Positions 27,301-36,998 of a stretch of DNA of 64,000 bases are shown one piece after another. The DNA lies in IMG/VR virus record IMGVR_UViG_3300001605_000032, positions 1 to 64,000 of that record. One strand, 5' to 3'. The notes beneath the pieces were generated by a model that searched no databases, was not told the DNA's origin, and was given only the letters and a program-made list of their open reading frames with translations. Within the stretch, counting starts at the first letter, position 1. Every line of letters begins with the position of its first letter. The translations under genes and the position numbers were made by a program. This DNA comes from an uncultured virus (IMG/VR IMGVR_UViG_3300001605_000032). Lineage: Duplodnaviria; Heunggongvirae; Uroviricota; Caudoviricetes.

Positions 27301-30300
27301 GCGATATCCTTTGGTGCCATGCCACGCTCGGCCATGGCCAAGGCCATATCGCGCAATTCTGGCGTCAGCTTCGGACCCGGCGACGCGGTATCGCGCTGCT
27401 CCGCCAATCCACGCGCCTTTGCCGGCTCGCTTGGGCGCGCGTTCAGGTCGATCGAACCTGGAGCCACGCCATCGGTTGGCAGATCGGCGATTCTGGCTTC
27501 GATGACGGCATCCGGCAAACCACCGCCAAGATTGCTGGGGTCTATGCTATCGACGAACGCCTGCTCGCCCTTGAGATACCGCCACCAGACGTCGCCGGTC
27601 TCGACCTGCTCTGCCGTTACCGCTGCGCCATAGCGTTTGTTGAACGTATCAGCGATCTCGGCCGGGGAAGCGCCGTTGCGCTTCATTTCGGTTTCGAGCG
27701 ACCGCGCGTCGTTCAGGATTTCACGGGCTTCCCATTCGATCCGGCTGGGGGCTGCACCAATGGCGGCGAGGATTTCGCCAGATCCTTGGACGCTTGGATC
27801 ATCCGTCCGTCGCCCGTCTGCATTCCGACCTTGCCGAACACCTTGGCCCACAGTTTGATTTGCGCTGAAGATGTCCCCTGTTTCGGTGTCGTCATTCCCT
27901 TGTCTCCTTGCCAATCGTCGTTGGCGCTCCGCTTCAACATCGGCGCTCTGCTGGCCAATCACTTGGCTTGGAGTAACGCCTCCAAACATATCCGCGCTGG
28001 CGTCGATATGGCCCATCGCCTCGTTGGCGTAGCCGTTCAGCAACATGGCGACGAGATCGCTAGTGTGCTGGTTGAGGCCACCGTCTCCGCGCTCGTAGTA
28101 GAACGCTTTTACCCACGCCTTGACCGGAGCCTTGTCGTCGAATGCGTCAGACTGCGCCAGCCACGATGCAACCGCCTGATTAGGCTGTCCCGGTTGCCGT
28201 AGTGAATTGATCTCGCGAATGGCCTCGACCAGAGTCGGCCTAGGATCAAGATCCTTAGATGCCTGACCGGTGTCGATCGCCGCACCAAGGCGAGCCATTA
28301 CCGGAGCGGCGTTGAGCATACCTTTCGCAATCGACTTGATCTGGGTATCCGTCGATTCCAGCATACTAGACAACAGCTGATAGTTTGGATAAGCCGCCGC
28401 CAGCAACGCAGCTTCGATGCGCGACCGGCCTTCTTGCGATAAGACCCCATCCCTGGACATCGTATTTAATTCTGCCGTGGTAACGACAGGTGTACGACCG
28501 TTGCGGGGTGCGGTGTCCAAAACGAAATTGCGGAACCGCTGATTTTCTGGTGAGTTAAGATCGCCACCTTGATAAAGAGAAAATCCTTCCGCGCCTATGT
28601 TTGCCGCATCGCGCTTGGAATTTTCCGTGCGGCCCATTTCAGCGATCACACTGCGGTTTGCCAAATCTGCAAATCTGACCTGCTGCGCGTGCGCCATCTG
28701 AGGCACCACCATGACGATGCCGGGCATCTTCATTCTGGCGGCGGAAGGTTCCAACTGCGTCATATACGATCGGATTTCGGCAGCCTTAAACGCAAGATGC
28801 GGCTGGCTGTAGAGTTCCTTTACTGTTTCTACTCGACCATTCCCGGCCAACACGATGTTCTGTCCGGTCACAGTCGGTGCGCCGCGATCTGGCGTGGCGT
28901 TCGGCACCATCCCAAGGTCGATATTGTAATTTTTGGCGTTTTGTCGAATGATCTGTCGGTACTCGGGACGGTTTTTGCGATTGCGAGGTTGAAGATCTCC
29001 GGTGGCCGGCTTCAGTTTGGCATAATCGACCACCATCGGCACGGCATCGATCTGCATCGATCCATCCGGTGTCACCATTCGCATCGGTTGGCCAATCTCC
29101 CAACCTCCGCGCGACTGCGACTGCGGCTGACGAGTCAGCGAAACGCCCCTCATATCGCGGACATCCGACCGCAACCCGTCTTGCGCGTCTGCCAAAGCGT
29201 CAAGCTGCTCGATCACCCGCCGATCAGCTCGCAACTCAGGTGGCACCACGAAGTCGTTCGGGTTCTCGCGCGACTGATTGAGCCGCGCTGCCTCGCTCAG
29301 CGGTACGTCTATCGCATAGACGCTGCCGCCAGGGCCTGCGTATCCACGTGCCGACGCTGGATCGACCGTCCACCAACGCCCTGCACGCTCTGGGCGTAAT
29401 GGATCGGCCTCTGCACCAACACCTTCGCCGCGATAGAGCGTTACGGTTTCTGCCGGTTTATTGTCCGGTTGAGAAACAGCAGAACCCGTTGGATTGGATA
29501 CGGTTTCCGCACCAGAACCAAGATCCGTTGCCGGTTCTTTTGCCGGTTCGGTCATTGATCGCGCCAGATCGGCAACCCATGGCTGATCTTCGACGCGCGT
29601 ATTTTGGTTCGCCGGCACCAGATCGGCAAACGCGTTTGCTTCGGTGGCAGGGGGTGCCGCTTGTGGCTGGCGACGGCGCTGACGGGGTGCCGGCGTGGCC
29701 GCTGTAGCCTCTGGCGTGGCCGCTGGCGGCGTTTCAAATGCAGGAGGTGCTGGCCACTCCAAAGTTGGCTCGCGCCGCTCCTGGGGCTGCGCAGAGACTT
29801 CTGGCGTAGTCGCTGGCGCAGAACTGCCGCCACGGCGACCAGCGGCAGAGCGCACCATGCCGGTGCCGACCTGCCGCAGAACCTCCGTCAAACCGCCGAC
29901 AGCGGCACCGACAGCAGCCTCATCGCGGAATTGCTCACCCAATTGCTGGTTCGGGTTGTAGACCTCGCGAGCAATCAGGTCTTGCAGGAACCCTTGGCCG
30001 CCTTCCTGCACGCCTTCGATTGCCGCCTGAATGCCGACGCGGCCTATGGCTTGCGCTATCGGCCGGCGGAGTGCTTGCGGGATGGGAAGTGGCAGGCGGC
30101 CAAGCAAAACCTCGACGGGAAGCAAATCAGTCGAGCCAGGTCCGACGCCCAAAAGTCCGGCCGTCGTAATCTGATCCTGCGACAAGCCTGAACGTCCGGC
30201 AGCCCGCTCCCTGCGATCGAACTCGACAGCACGTTGCGTTGCCTCGCCCACACCCATCGACGAAAACACGGCCAAGCCGCCGACAGGTCCGGTCAATGCG

Positions 30301-30959
30301 GCAATCGGAAGTCCGAACGCAACGGAACCAAGGCCCTCACCAACTTGGCGACCGAACGCTCGGTCATACCCCGGCACAGGCGGAAGGACGCCCTTGGCAT
30401 AGTCCTGAATGGCCTCGCCCATTTTGAAGAACGGGCGATCCTGCACGGGCGTCGGCGACGCCACCCACTGCTGTTGGATAATCCGGTTCAAGCCATCACG
30501 AGCGCGGGCGCGCTGATCTGGCGACATCTGCGCGTAGCCGGCAACGTCCTCTTGCGGGGAAATGGCCTCGCCGCGTTCCGCTCGCTCCAGCATGGCCAGC
30601 CGCTCGCGCACGCGCTCGGCCGCGCCGCTTTGCGCACCGGCAGCGTACACGTCAGGTGCAGATACAGCCGTTCCAGCACTTCTGATCGCACCTGGAATGA
30701 CGCCCTTGGCAAGTTCGACGTATTGCTGGGGATCTTCAAACCCGCCCGGCTGCGGTACGGGCGCGACGGGCTGCCCACCCATAGCCGGAACTGCACCCGG
30801 CAGCGAGCCAACACCAAACCCTTCCACCATCGTGCCTGGGAGCGGCGTGCCAAACGCATCGAACCCAAGGCTTTTTGGCAGCGCTCCCGCCTCATCCTGT
30901 GCATTTTGCACTGGCGCGGCGCGTGGAACGAGATCGTCAAACGGATTTCCGACTGCCAT
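18397..30959 (-). CDS. giant polyvalent virion/ejection protein (about 4200 aa; apparent frameshift in the N-containing stretch at about 26670-26720)
   Basis: Two long ORFs (30959-26571 and 26670-18397) meet at ambiguous bases; motifs for ddrB-like ParB, ART-like (LYRG, YHGS, WYRG, WHGT), GNAT, ParB (LDGHHR), IQSDW domain, LPD23-like (TGWFRGVDGKWRFEIDD) and HExxH zincin. Confidence 0.8.
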
Positions 30960-30961
30960 AT

Positions 30962-33622
30962 CTACAGTTTCCCCGGATTGACGCCCATGGATCTCAGGCG
31001 TTCCTCGACCTTGGCGCGATCGGCGCCGCGACGAAGCGCGTTGCGTGCCTGCGATAATAGACGCGATTCGTCTCCTGACGATGATGCACTTGCCTTCGTA
31101 TCGCCGCCGCCGACTGCCTGTTGCATCGCTTCCGTCTCGGCCGCGACAGATGCATATGCTGGCCATAGCGCAGGGTTGTCGTGCGCCATCCGCTCAAGAC
31201 CAGACACGTGGCGGAGCATTGGTGCTATCGTCCGGTCGGTGCCATCGCGCACCGCCGCGCGCAACTGCATGTATCGGATCATCCAGTTGGTGTACGCTGG
31301 GCGCGACATTAGCACGGACGTGCCCAGCATCGATCCGCCGACCGCCAACGGCAGCGCCACGTTGCCAGCAAAAACCGATCCAACGCCAGCAAGTGCGCCG
31401 GTCACGTTCATTGTGTTCGTGCCGCTGCGACTGGTGTTCGTCAGAGCCTCGACATTCGATAGTCTGTTGGCCACGCGGAACAGATTATCTATCGCCTCAC
31501 GATGCTCCTCGCCGAAGAACAGATTGCGAGCTTCCGGACTCATGCCGTTGTAGTTTGTGACGAAGGTATTTGGGGACCAGCCAACCTCCTGCACGATGCC
31601 GCGCGCCGACTTGTTCGGGCGTCCTAGTTGCTGCACCAGCATGGCGGAAAACTCAGCGCGATCTTCCGGACGCAACGCACCAGCCGCCGCCCTCACCATC
31701 TGCATGTTGCCGCGCGTCGTGTCTGTAGCGGCAGAGATCAGCCTTTTTGTAGCCTCTTGCGGATTGTCGGTTCCGAGCACGGTGTTGAACCGTGCCATGC
31801 GCTCCATGCCGGCACGCGTATACGCGTCGGCCCGCTGGAAATACCGCAGTGATCTCGCCGCCTGATTAGCCACTTCGGGAGGCACATGGTCGGGCGCGGT
31901 TGCGGGAAGACGAGAGTTGATCAAAGCGCGATTGGCCAGATCCTGAACGCCAACCTCGATATCTCTCGACAAAGCACCATAAAGAGACCGCAGTTGTGAC
32001 TGGCTGAGCGTCTGCTGTGTTGGATTGTACTCATCCATGGATCGCCCGATCTCAGTTCTGATCGCGCGCAACTCCGGCAGCCCGAAGTGTGATTGAGCGT
32101 TGCGCAGACGGCCTGCAAGAGCACCACCAATCGCGCTCTGGCCGGATATCTGGTTGGCGATCTGGCCTTCTAATTGGGCCATGGCCTGTCTGGTGTTGAC
32201 CGCCGACACTTGCTGCGGGTTGGCCGTATTGTTTGCCCGCATCTGCGTTGGAAGCTGCCGCCACGCTTGCTCGTAAAGAGCCTCCTGCTTAGCGCGGAAC
32301 GATGTGTCTACAGATGGCGCCGAGATCAGCCGGCTCAGTTCGTCGTTGCTGAAATCCTCGACGCCACGGCGAGCGAGAACGGCATTGTGTGTGCCTTGAG
32401 CCAACGGGGGAACCTGCCTGTTGGCAATCCTCGTCGCTTCATCCGGGGTTGCGCCGTTGGCAATAGCCTGATTGTACGCGATTGCACGATCGGTATTCCT
32501 GATCGTTTCAGCTTGCGTCATGCGCTGCCGCGCGGCAGCGCTCATGATGTTCTGCGCTGGAACCGGGGCGGTTGGGTTAACGCCGATCGCCGTCAGTCGA
32601 TCCTCGTCAAGCGCGCGAACGCCTTCCCGTCCGTATCGCTCCAGCCCACGCTGAATGCTGCGCCCAGCCGTTTCCGGCATCGCAGTGCCGGATATGTCGC
32701 TCGATATGCGCAAGGCGGCATTGGCCGCATCCTGCATCGTCTCGTCGAAGTTGTTGCGTAGCGGGGCACCGAGAAACGGGGTTTCCGCCGTCTGCTTGCC
32801 GATCGACGCCACCGGACCTTGATTGAATGCTGGCCCGAACGTGCGGATACCAAGATCCTCGAACGCATCGGCATCGGTAGCAGCTTCTGTCGCACGGCGC
32901 CGTGCCATGCTCTGCCCGGTCTGTGTCCCGATGGGTGTCGTCGTTGGTGTGCGGTATGCAAGAATGCCGCCCGGCACCATAGCCCCAATGATCGACCCGG
33001 CAAGCTGCCCGGTGGTTCCAGCCCCCATATCCTCAGCCGTCTTCGCCCCAACGCCGCTGCCCGCACTTGCTGCAACATCGGTTGCTGCGGCAGCGCTCGG
33101 GTTCGCGCGCACGGCATTTAGTGTATCGTCCCAAAGCGACCCGATCGTCGATGTAGCCTGTCCTACGGATGGAACAGCTTGAGCCGCTTTGAACGTCGCC
33201 CCTAGCGGTACAGCAGATGCACCGATGCCCTGGCCGCCAGCGCGCAAGTATTCGCCGACCTTGCTCTTGGACTCCGGCTGGTTCATGTACTGCGACCAGA
33301 ACGGCATCTTGTCGACGTCGGGAAGCCCGTAGCGCCCGCCAGTAATGCCCTCTATCGCCCAGTCAATTCCTCGATACGGCGCGGTTACAAAGTCTGCCAG
33401 ACCTTTGTTGAACCCACGCACCGGCTCCATCGCCATATCGGCCGCGTCGCCGACGACTGGCAATGGCTGAGCACCGACGTTGCCCGCAAGACCGATTTTC
33501 TTGTCGAAATCCTGGCGCGGCATGTCTGCGTAGTGCTTCTGATGAAGCGCTTCAGCCAACTGAGAGTCCGACAGATCGTTGTACTGCGGGAACTTCTCGC
33601 GGATTTCCGAAAGCGTTGTCAT
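30962..33622 (-). CDS. putative internal virion / DNA ejection protein
   Basis: 886 aa, Ala/Gly-rich and helical; N-terminal IREKFPQYNDLSD.QLA..LH.KHY motif; located in the ejectosome cluster. Confidence 0.7.
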   Translation of the reverse strand: MTTLSEIREKFPQYNDLSDSQLAEALHQKHYADMPRQDFDKKIGLAGNVGAQPLPVVGDAADMAMEPVRGFNKGLADFVTAPYRGIDWAIEGITGGRYGLPDVDKMPFWSQYMNQPESKSKVGEYLRAGGQGIGASAVPLGATFKAAQAVPSVGQATSTIGSLWDDTLNAVRANPSAAAATDVAASAGSGVGAKTAEDMGAGTTGQLAGSIIGAMVPGGILAYRTPTTTPIGTQTGQSMARRRATEAATDADAFEDLGIRTFGPAFNQGPVASIGKQTAETPFLGAPLRNNFDETMQDAANAALRISSDISGTAMPETAGRSIQRGLERYGREGVRALDEDRLTAIGVNPTAPVPAQNIMSAAARQRMTQAETIRNTDRAIAYNQAIANGATPDEATRIANRQVPPLAQGTHNAVLARRGVEDFSNDELSRLISAPSVDTSFRAKQEALYEQAWRQLPTQMRANNTANPQQVSAVNTRQAMAQLEGQIANQISGQSAIGGALAGRLRNAQSHFGLPELRAIRTEIGRSMDEYNPTQQTLSQSQLRSLYGALSRDIEVGVQDLANRALINSRLPATAPDHVPPEVANQAARSLRYFQRADAYTRAGMERMARFNTVLGTDNPQEATKRLISAATDTTRGNMQMVRAAAGALRPEDRAEFSAMLVQQLGRPNKSARGIVQEVGWSPNTFVTNYNGMSPEARNLFFGEEHREAIDNLFRVANRLSNVEALTNTSRSGTNTMNVTGALAGVGSVFAGNVALPLAVGGSMLGTSVLMSRPAYTNWMIRYMQLRAAVRDGTDRTIAPMLRHVSGLERMAHDNPALWPAYASVAAETEAMQQAVGGGDTKASASSSGDESRLLSQARNALRRGADRAKVEERLRSMGVNPGKL

Positions 33623-36087
33623 TGGCGAAGCCCCAACGGATCACTGGACGCGGCGGGAGGCGGTTGGCTTCCAACCGGTGGCGACGCCTGCGGCTTGAAC
33701 ATCGTCTTGCCGCGCAACTGCTCCAACATCAGGTTGTTGAGCTTTTCGCGCTTGTCGAGTTCTTGAAGTGCACGCTTCAGGATGCCTTCACGGTCCTTAA
33801 TCGTTTGATCCATAGCCGTTTCGACGTCAAAAAGGATTTTGCGCTCACCTTCCGTTGGTGCCGCGCCAAACGTCTCCTTCAGTTTGCCAAGCACATTCCC
33901 CATCATCACTCGCGACAGATCTCGAGTCGCCTGCGACGTGCCGCTTCTGGCTGATGCTGGAAGATTCGGGTCTATCGTCTCTGCCCACCACCGCCCAACC
34001 CCCCCTTCTGTCGACTTCGCGTTAAGCGCCATGGCTTCATTCACGTATTGGCGAGCGAGCGGTACTCCAGAGTTGCTTTCGACAGCCTCCAAAATAGCCT
34101 TCTGTGCAGTCGGGCTCACCTCGTCCTTTCCGACCTTGCCAGTCAACACGAACTCTCGGTACTCGTTGCTGGTCTTGTCCATCCCAAGTCTTTCGGCTTC
34201 GCGCTCTCTGATCCGATACGCCTGCGTCGGATCTTCGCGCTGCGTTGCTTGCGACAGCACGGACTTCGCTTGTGCCTGCTTCAGCGCCACCTCATACGGA
34301 TGCATCGCTGCCGCGCGCTGGTTTTCCTCGCCTTGTATGTTTGCCGCACGCTGCGCCAGATCCATCTTGGCCTTTTGCAGCGCCTGCTCGCGCTCGCCCT
34401 TGCGATATGAATCGCGAGCATCAAGCCCAGCCAACATGCCCTTGCCAAAGTGTATTCCAGTAGTACCCTTTCCACCTTCGCCAGACGCTGCCATCATCGC
34501 CAAACCGGCGCGTGTCAGCGTCTGCTCACCCTCCGGTGAACGTACCCAGTTGACCGCGCGATCGAAGAACCCTGGCGGCTGCGGTGCGGCACTAGCAGTT
34601 GGTGCCGATGGCGGTGCGACGATGCCGCGTGGATTGAGCGCACCAACACGCATATCGGCGGGCGGCGCATACACTTCGCCAGATGTAGGGATCATCGCCT
34701 TGTCTGCCACATCGACCATCGGCGCAAGATCGGATGGTGGACGATCACCCGGCGCACCAGCAATTCCGACAGACGTGCCTGGCTGCATCAGTGGCGGGTA
34801 CTGCGATACGTCGGGAAACACGCCGGGACGCGGCGGCGGAACAAGACCGACACCTCCGGGCGCTGCGTCATACATTCCGCCCGGATCGTTGTCGTCTATG
34901 GCGCCACCGTCCGCAAACCCCAGTGCAGACCCTATCCCGCTCATCGTATTCGACAGACCATACGACAGGTTCTGCACGGGATCGGCATAGTTCGTCGTGA
35001 CAGTACCCCATCCGTTCGGCGCCTGCTCGGTGCGCATAGCCTCGCCGACTTTGGACACGCCCTTAAAAGCCTGACCTGCGGATTTGGCCGTATCGGTCAC
35101 GTCTTTCCAGTGGTCGGCAAGCCCCTTCTGGCTTTCGCCGCCGCCCATCTGCATTTGCTGATGGGGCTGGACGCCAGCGCCGCGCTGGATCTGTATTTGC
35201 GGGATGTAGCCGATACCGCCGCCACCAGCGTAAGCCACACGACCACCAGTATTGAGATACGGCATTGCCGCTATCCCAAGACCGGCCAACTGCGACCACG
35301 TATTTGGTGTCGGACCTTGCCTAGAGCCAGTTGATGTCGTTGTCGAGCCCATCTGCGAACCGATGCCGCTGGCAAGGTTTGCAAACCACCCAAGGCTTTG
35401 GAACGGATACGCCGACTGAGCCGATGCGTTGCCGCTTGCAGCATCCAGACGCTGCTGCTCCAATGCCTGCTGCATGGCACCAGAACTAAGCAAAGCCTGC
35501 GTGTCGGTGTAGGCAAGGTTGCCCAGGTTGCCCATGATGCCGGCGCCTTGCAGCGAGCGCGCTGCGTCGTTCTGGGCGGCACCCAAAGCCGTGTTGAATC
35601 CTTGCGCGCGAAGGTTAGCGAGAACCGGCGACTGTGTTCTGGATTGCGCTTCCGCCGTCAGAGCCTTGGCGACCTGCTCACGATCCCCACCCAGCGAACC
35701 TGCCCTGCGCGCGTCGCCCGTAACGCCTGATATCTGGCGATTGTTCTGAACGTCGAAATCGCGAATCGTCGCATCGACGACGTCGTTGTTCCACGGGTTG
35801 TAATACTGCTGCATGGTCTGGCTGACGGGGCCTGCACCCGTCGTCGCCATGCCGGACGCCGCGTTAATGTACGGCTGAGCGATGCCGCCCTGAATATTGG
35901 AAAATGCTTGGTTCTGATCGTTACTAAACCCAGCAACCTGCTGCGCCGTGTTCGGGTTCCAACCAGTGTTCTCGACCAGATTGCGGCCTTGGCCCAGCAG
36001 CCAATTGTACTGCTCCATCGCGGCTGGATTGGCCGACGTGGTCGATGACTGCGTTTGCGAGGTGCTGTTCGACCCTTTGCCGCACAT
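33619..36087 (-). CDS. putative DNA pilot / ejection protein
   Basis: MCGKGS..TQSSTTS start, Gln/Ala/Gly-rich, YYNPW motif; follows the GNAT gene as in podoviral ejection clusters. Confidence 0.7.
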   Translation of the reverse strand: MCGKGSNSTSQTQSSTTSANPAAMEQYNWLLGQGRNLVENTGWNPNTAQQVAGFSNDQNQAFSNIQGGIAQPYINAASGMATTGAGPVSQTMQQYYNPWNNDVVDATIRDFDVQNNRQISGVTGDARRAGSLGGDREQVAKALTAEAQSRTQSPVLANLRAQGFNTALGAAQNDAARSLQGAGIMGNLGNLAYTDTQALLSSGAMQQALEQQRLDAASGNASAQSAYPFQSLGWFANLASGIGSQMGSTTTSTGSRQGPTPNTWSQLAGLGIAAMPYLNTGGRVAYAGGGGIGYIPQIQIQRGAGVQPHQQMQMGGGESQKGLADHWKDVTDTAKSAGQAFKGVSKVGEAMRTEQAPNGWGTVTTNYADPVQNLSYGLSNTMSGIGSALGFADGGAIDDNDPGGMYDAAPGGVGLVPPPRPGVFPDVSQYPPLMQPGTSVGIAGAPGDRPPSDLAPMVDVADKAMIPTSGEVYAPPADMRVGALNPRGIVAPPSAPTASAAPQPPGFFDRAVNWVRSPEGEQTLTRAGLAMMAASGEGGKGTTGIHFGKGMLAGLDARDSYRKGEREQALQKAKMDLAQRAANIQGEENQRAAAMHPYEVALKQAQAKSVLSQATQREDPTQAYRIREREAERLGMDKTSNEYREFVLTGKVGKDEVSPTAQKAILEAVESNSGVPLARQYVNEAMALNAKSTEGGVGRWWAETIDPNLPASARSGTSQATRDLSRVMMGNVLGKLKETFGAAPTEGERKILFDVETAMDQTIKDREGILKRALQELDKREKLNNLMLEQLRGKTMFKPQASPPVGSQPPPAASSDPLGLRQ

Positions 36088-36100
36088 ATGATGCCGTTCC

Positions 36101-36736
36101 CTATGCTGCGTTGGTCACGAAGAACGCACCAGCCGGCGCACCAAGCCGGCGCCGATACAGTTCGACCTTCGCCGCCGTGCGATGATTGGATATGATGCCG
36201 ATCATGAGCGGTACGCCGATTGCCTCAGCGCACCGCTTGGCAAAATCGATCAGATCCTTGGCGTTGTTGGACCGTCTGAACTCCGGCAGGACGAACGAAA
36301 ACAGTTCTTCAAGAACGGTCTGATCCGAGTACCACATCGTCGACATGCGCATGACGATCGCGCCTTCAAGGCATCCTGGTTCGCCGATGACGCCGATCAT
36401 ACCGCCGGTTCGGTCGTAGTGAGACATGAGCACATCGCGAACGCGATCATCGCTCATCTCGAACAGGCCATTCTCTGCATGAAGTTCGCGGCACAGGAAC
36501 AGCACGTCATCAAGATCGCAGCGTTCGGCAAAGCGCACGCGGGAAGGTGCATCAGTTTTCTTGGCAACTGGAGACTTTGTTTCAGGCTGTACATCAACAA
36601 CCGGAACTGCCGTCGCTACCTTCACTTCAGTCTCATATGGATCGTCGTATGAATACGCGTAATCGCGTGCAGCTTGAGCGTTCGCCGGAGATGATGCCGC
36701 AACTGCGGACCAATCCGTCGTTCTGATTCTCGTCAT
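36101..36736 (-). CDS. GNAT-like acetyltransferase
   Basis: VRFAERCDL...EELFSFVLPEFRRSNNAKDLIDFAK...KVELYRR. Confidence 0.7.
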   Translation of the reverse strand: MTRIRTTDWSAVAASSPANAQAARDYAYSYDDPYETEVKVATAVPVVDVQPETKSPVAKKTDAPSRVRFAERCDLDDVLFLCRELHAENGLFEMSDDRVRDVLMSHYDRTGGMIGVIGEPGCLEGAIVMRMSTMWYSDQTVLEELFSFVLPEFRRSNNAKDLIDFAKRCAEAIGVPLMIGIISNHRTAAKVELYRRRLGAPAGAFFVTNAA

Positions 36737-36744
36737 GTCTTGTA

Positions 36745-36984
36745 TCAATCCGCTCTATTGATCAGCGAAGCGTGTGAAACCCATCCGCAACGTCCATCGT
36801 CCAGCGAAACCCACCTCACTTCAGGTGCATGTTTCCACTCGGATGTTGGAGTGATGTGCGGCGTAATGATCGGCTCAAGCGTTGCCCACGCTTCTCCTGG
36901 CGTTGGTAGCGGACCAGGATTGATGATGGTCCCAAACTCAATGAAGCTGCCACCAGTGCTGGTGCTAATTGGTAGGGTGCGCAT
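36745..36984 (-). CDS. hypothetical protein
   Basis: 79-aa ORF in the same operon orientation. Confidence 0.45.
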   Translation of the reverse strand: MRTLPISTSTGGSFIEFGTIINPGPLPTPGEAWATLEPIITPHITPTSEWKHAPEVRWVSLDDGRCGWVSHASLINRAD

Positions 36985-36998
36985 GATTGATGTATCCC

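Noticed and set aside
30234..34990. Long + strand ORFs (30234-31553 and 33839-34990) and similar antisense ORFs across the virion operon
   Set aside because: These are shadow frames of GC-rich minus-strand genes with no motifs or RBS.
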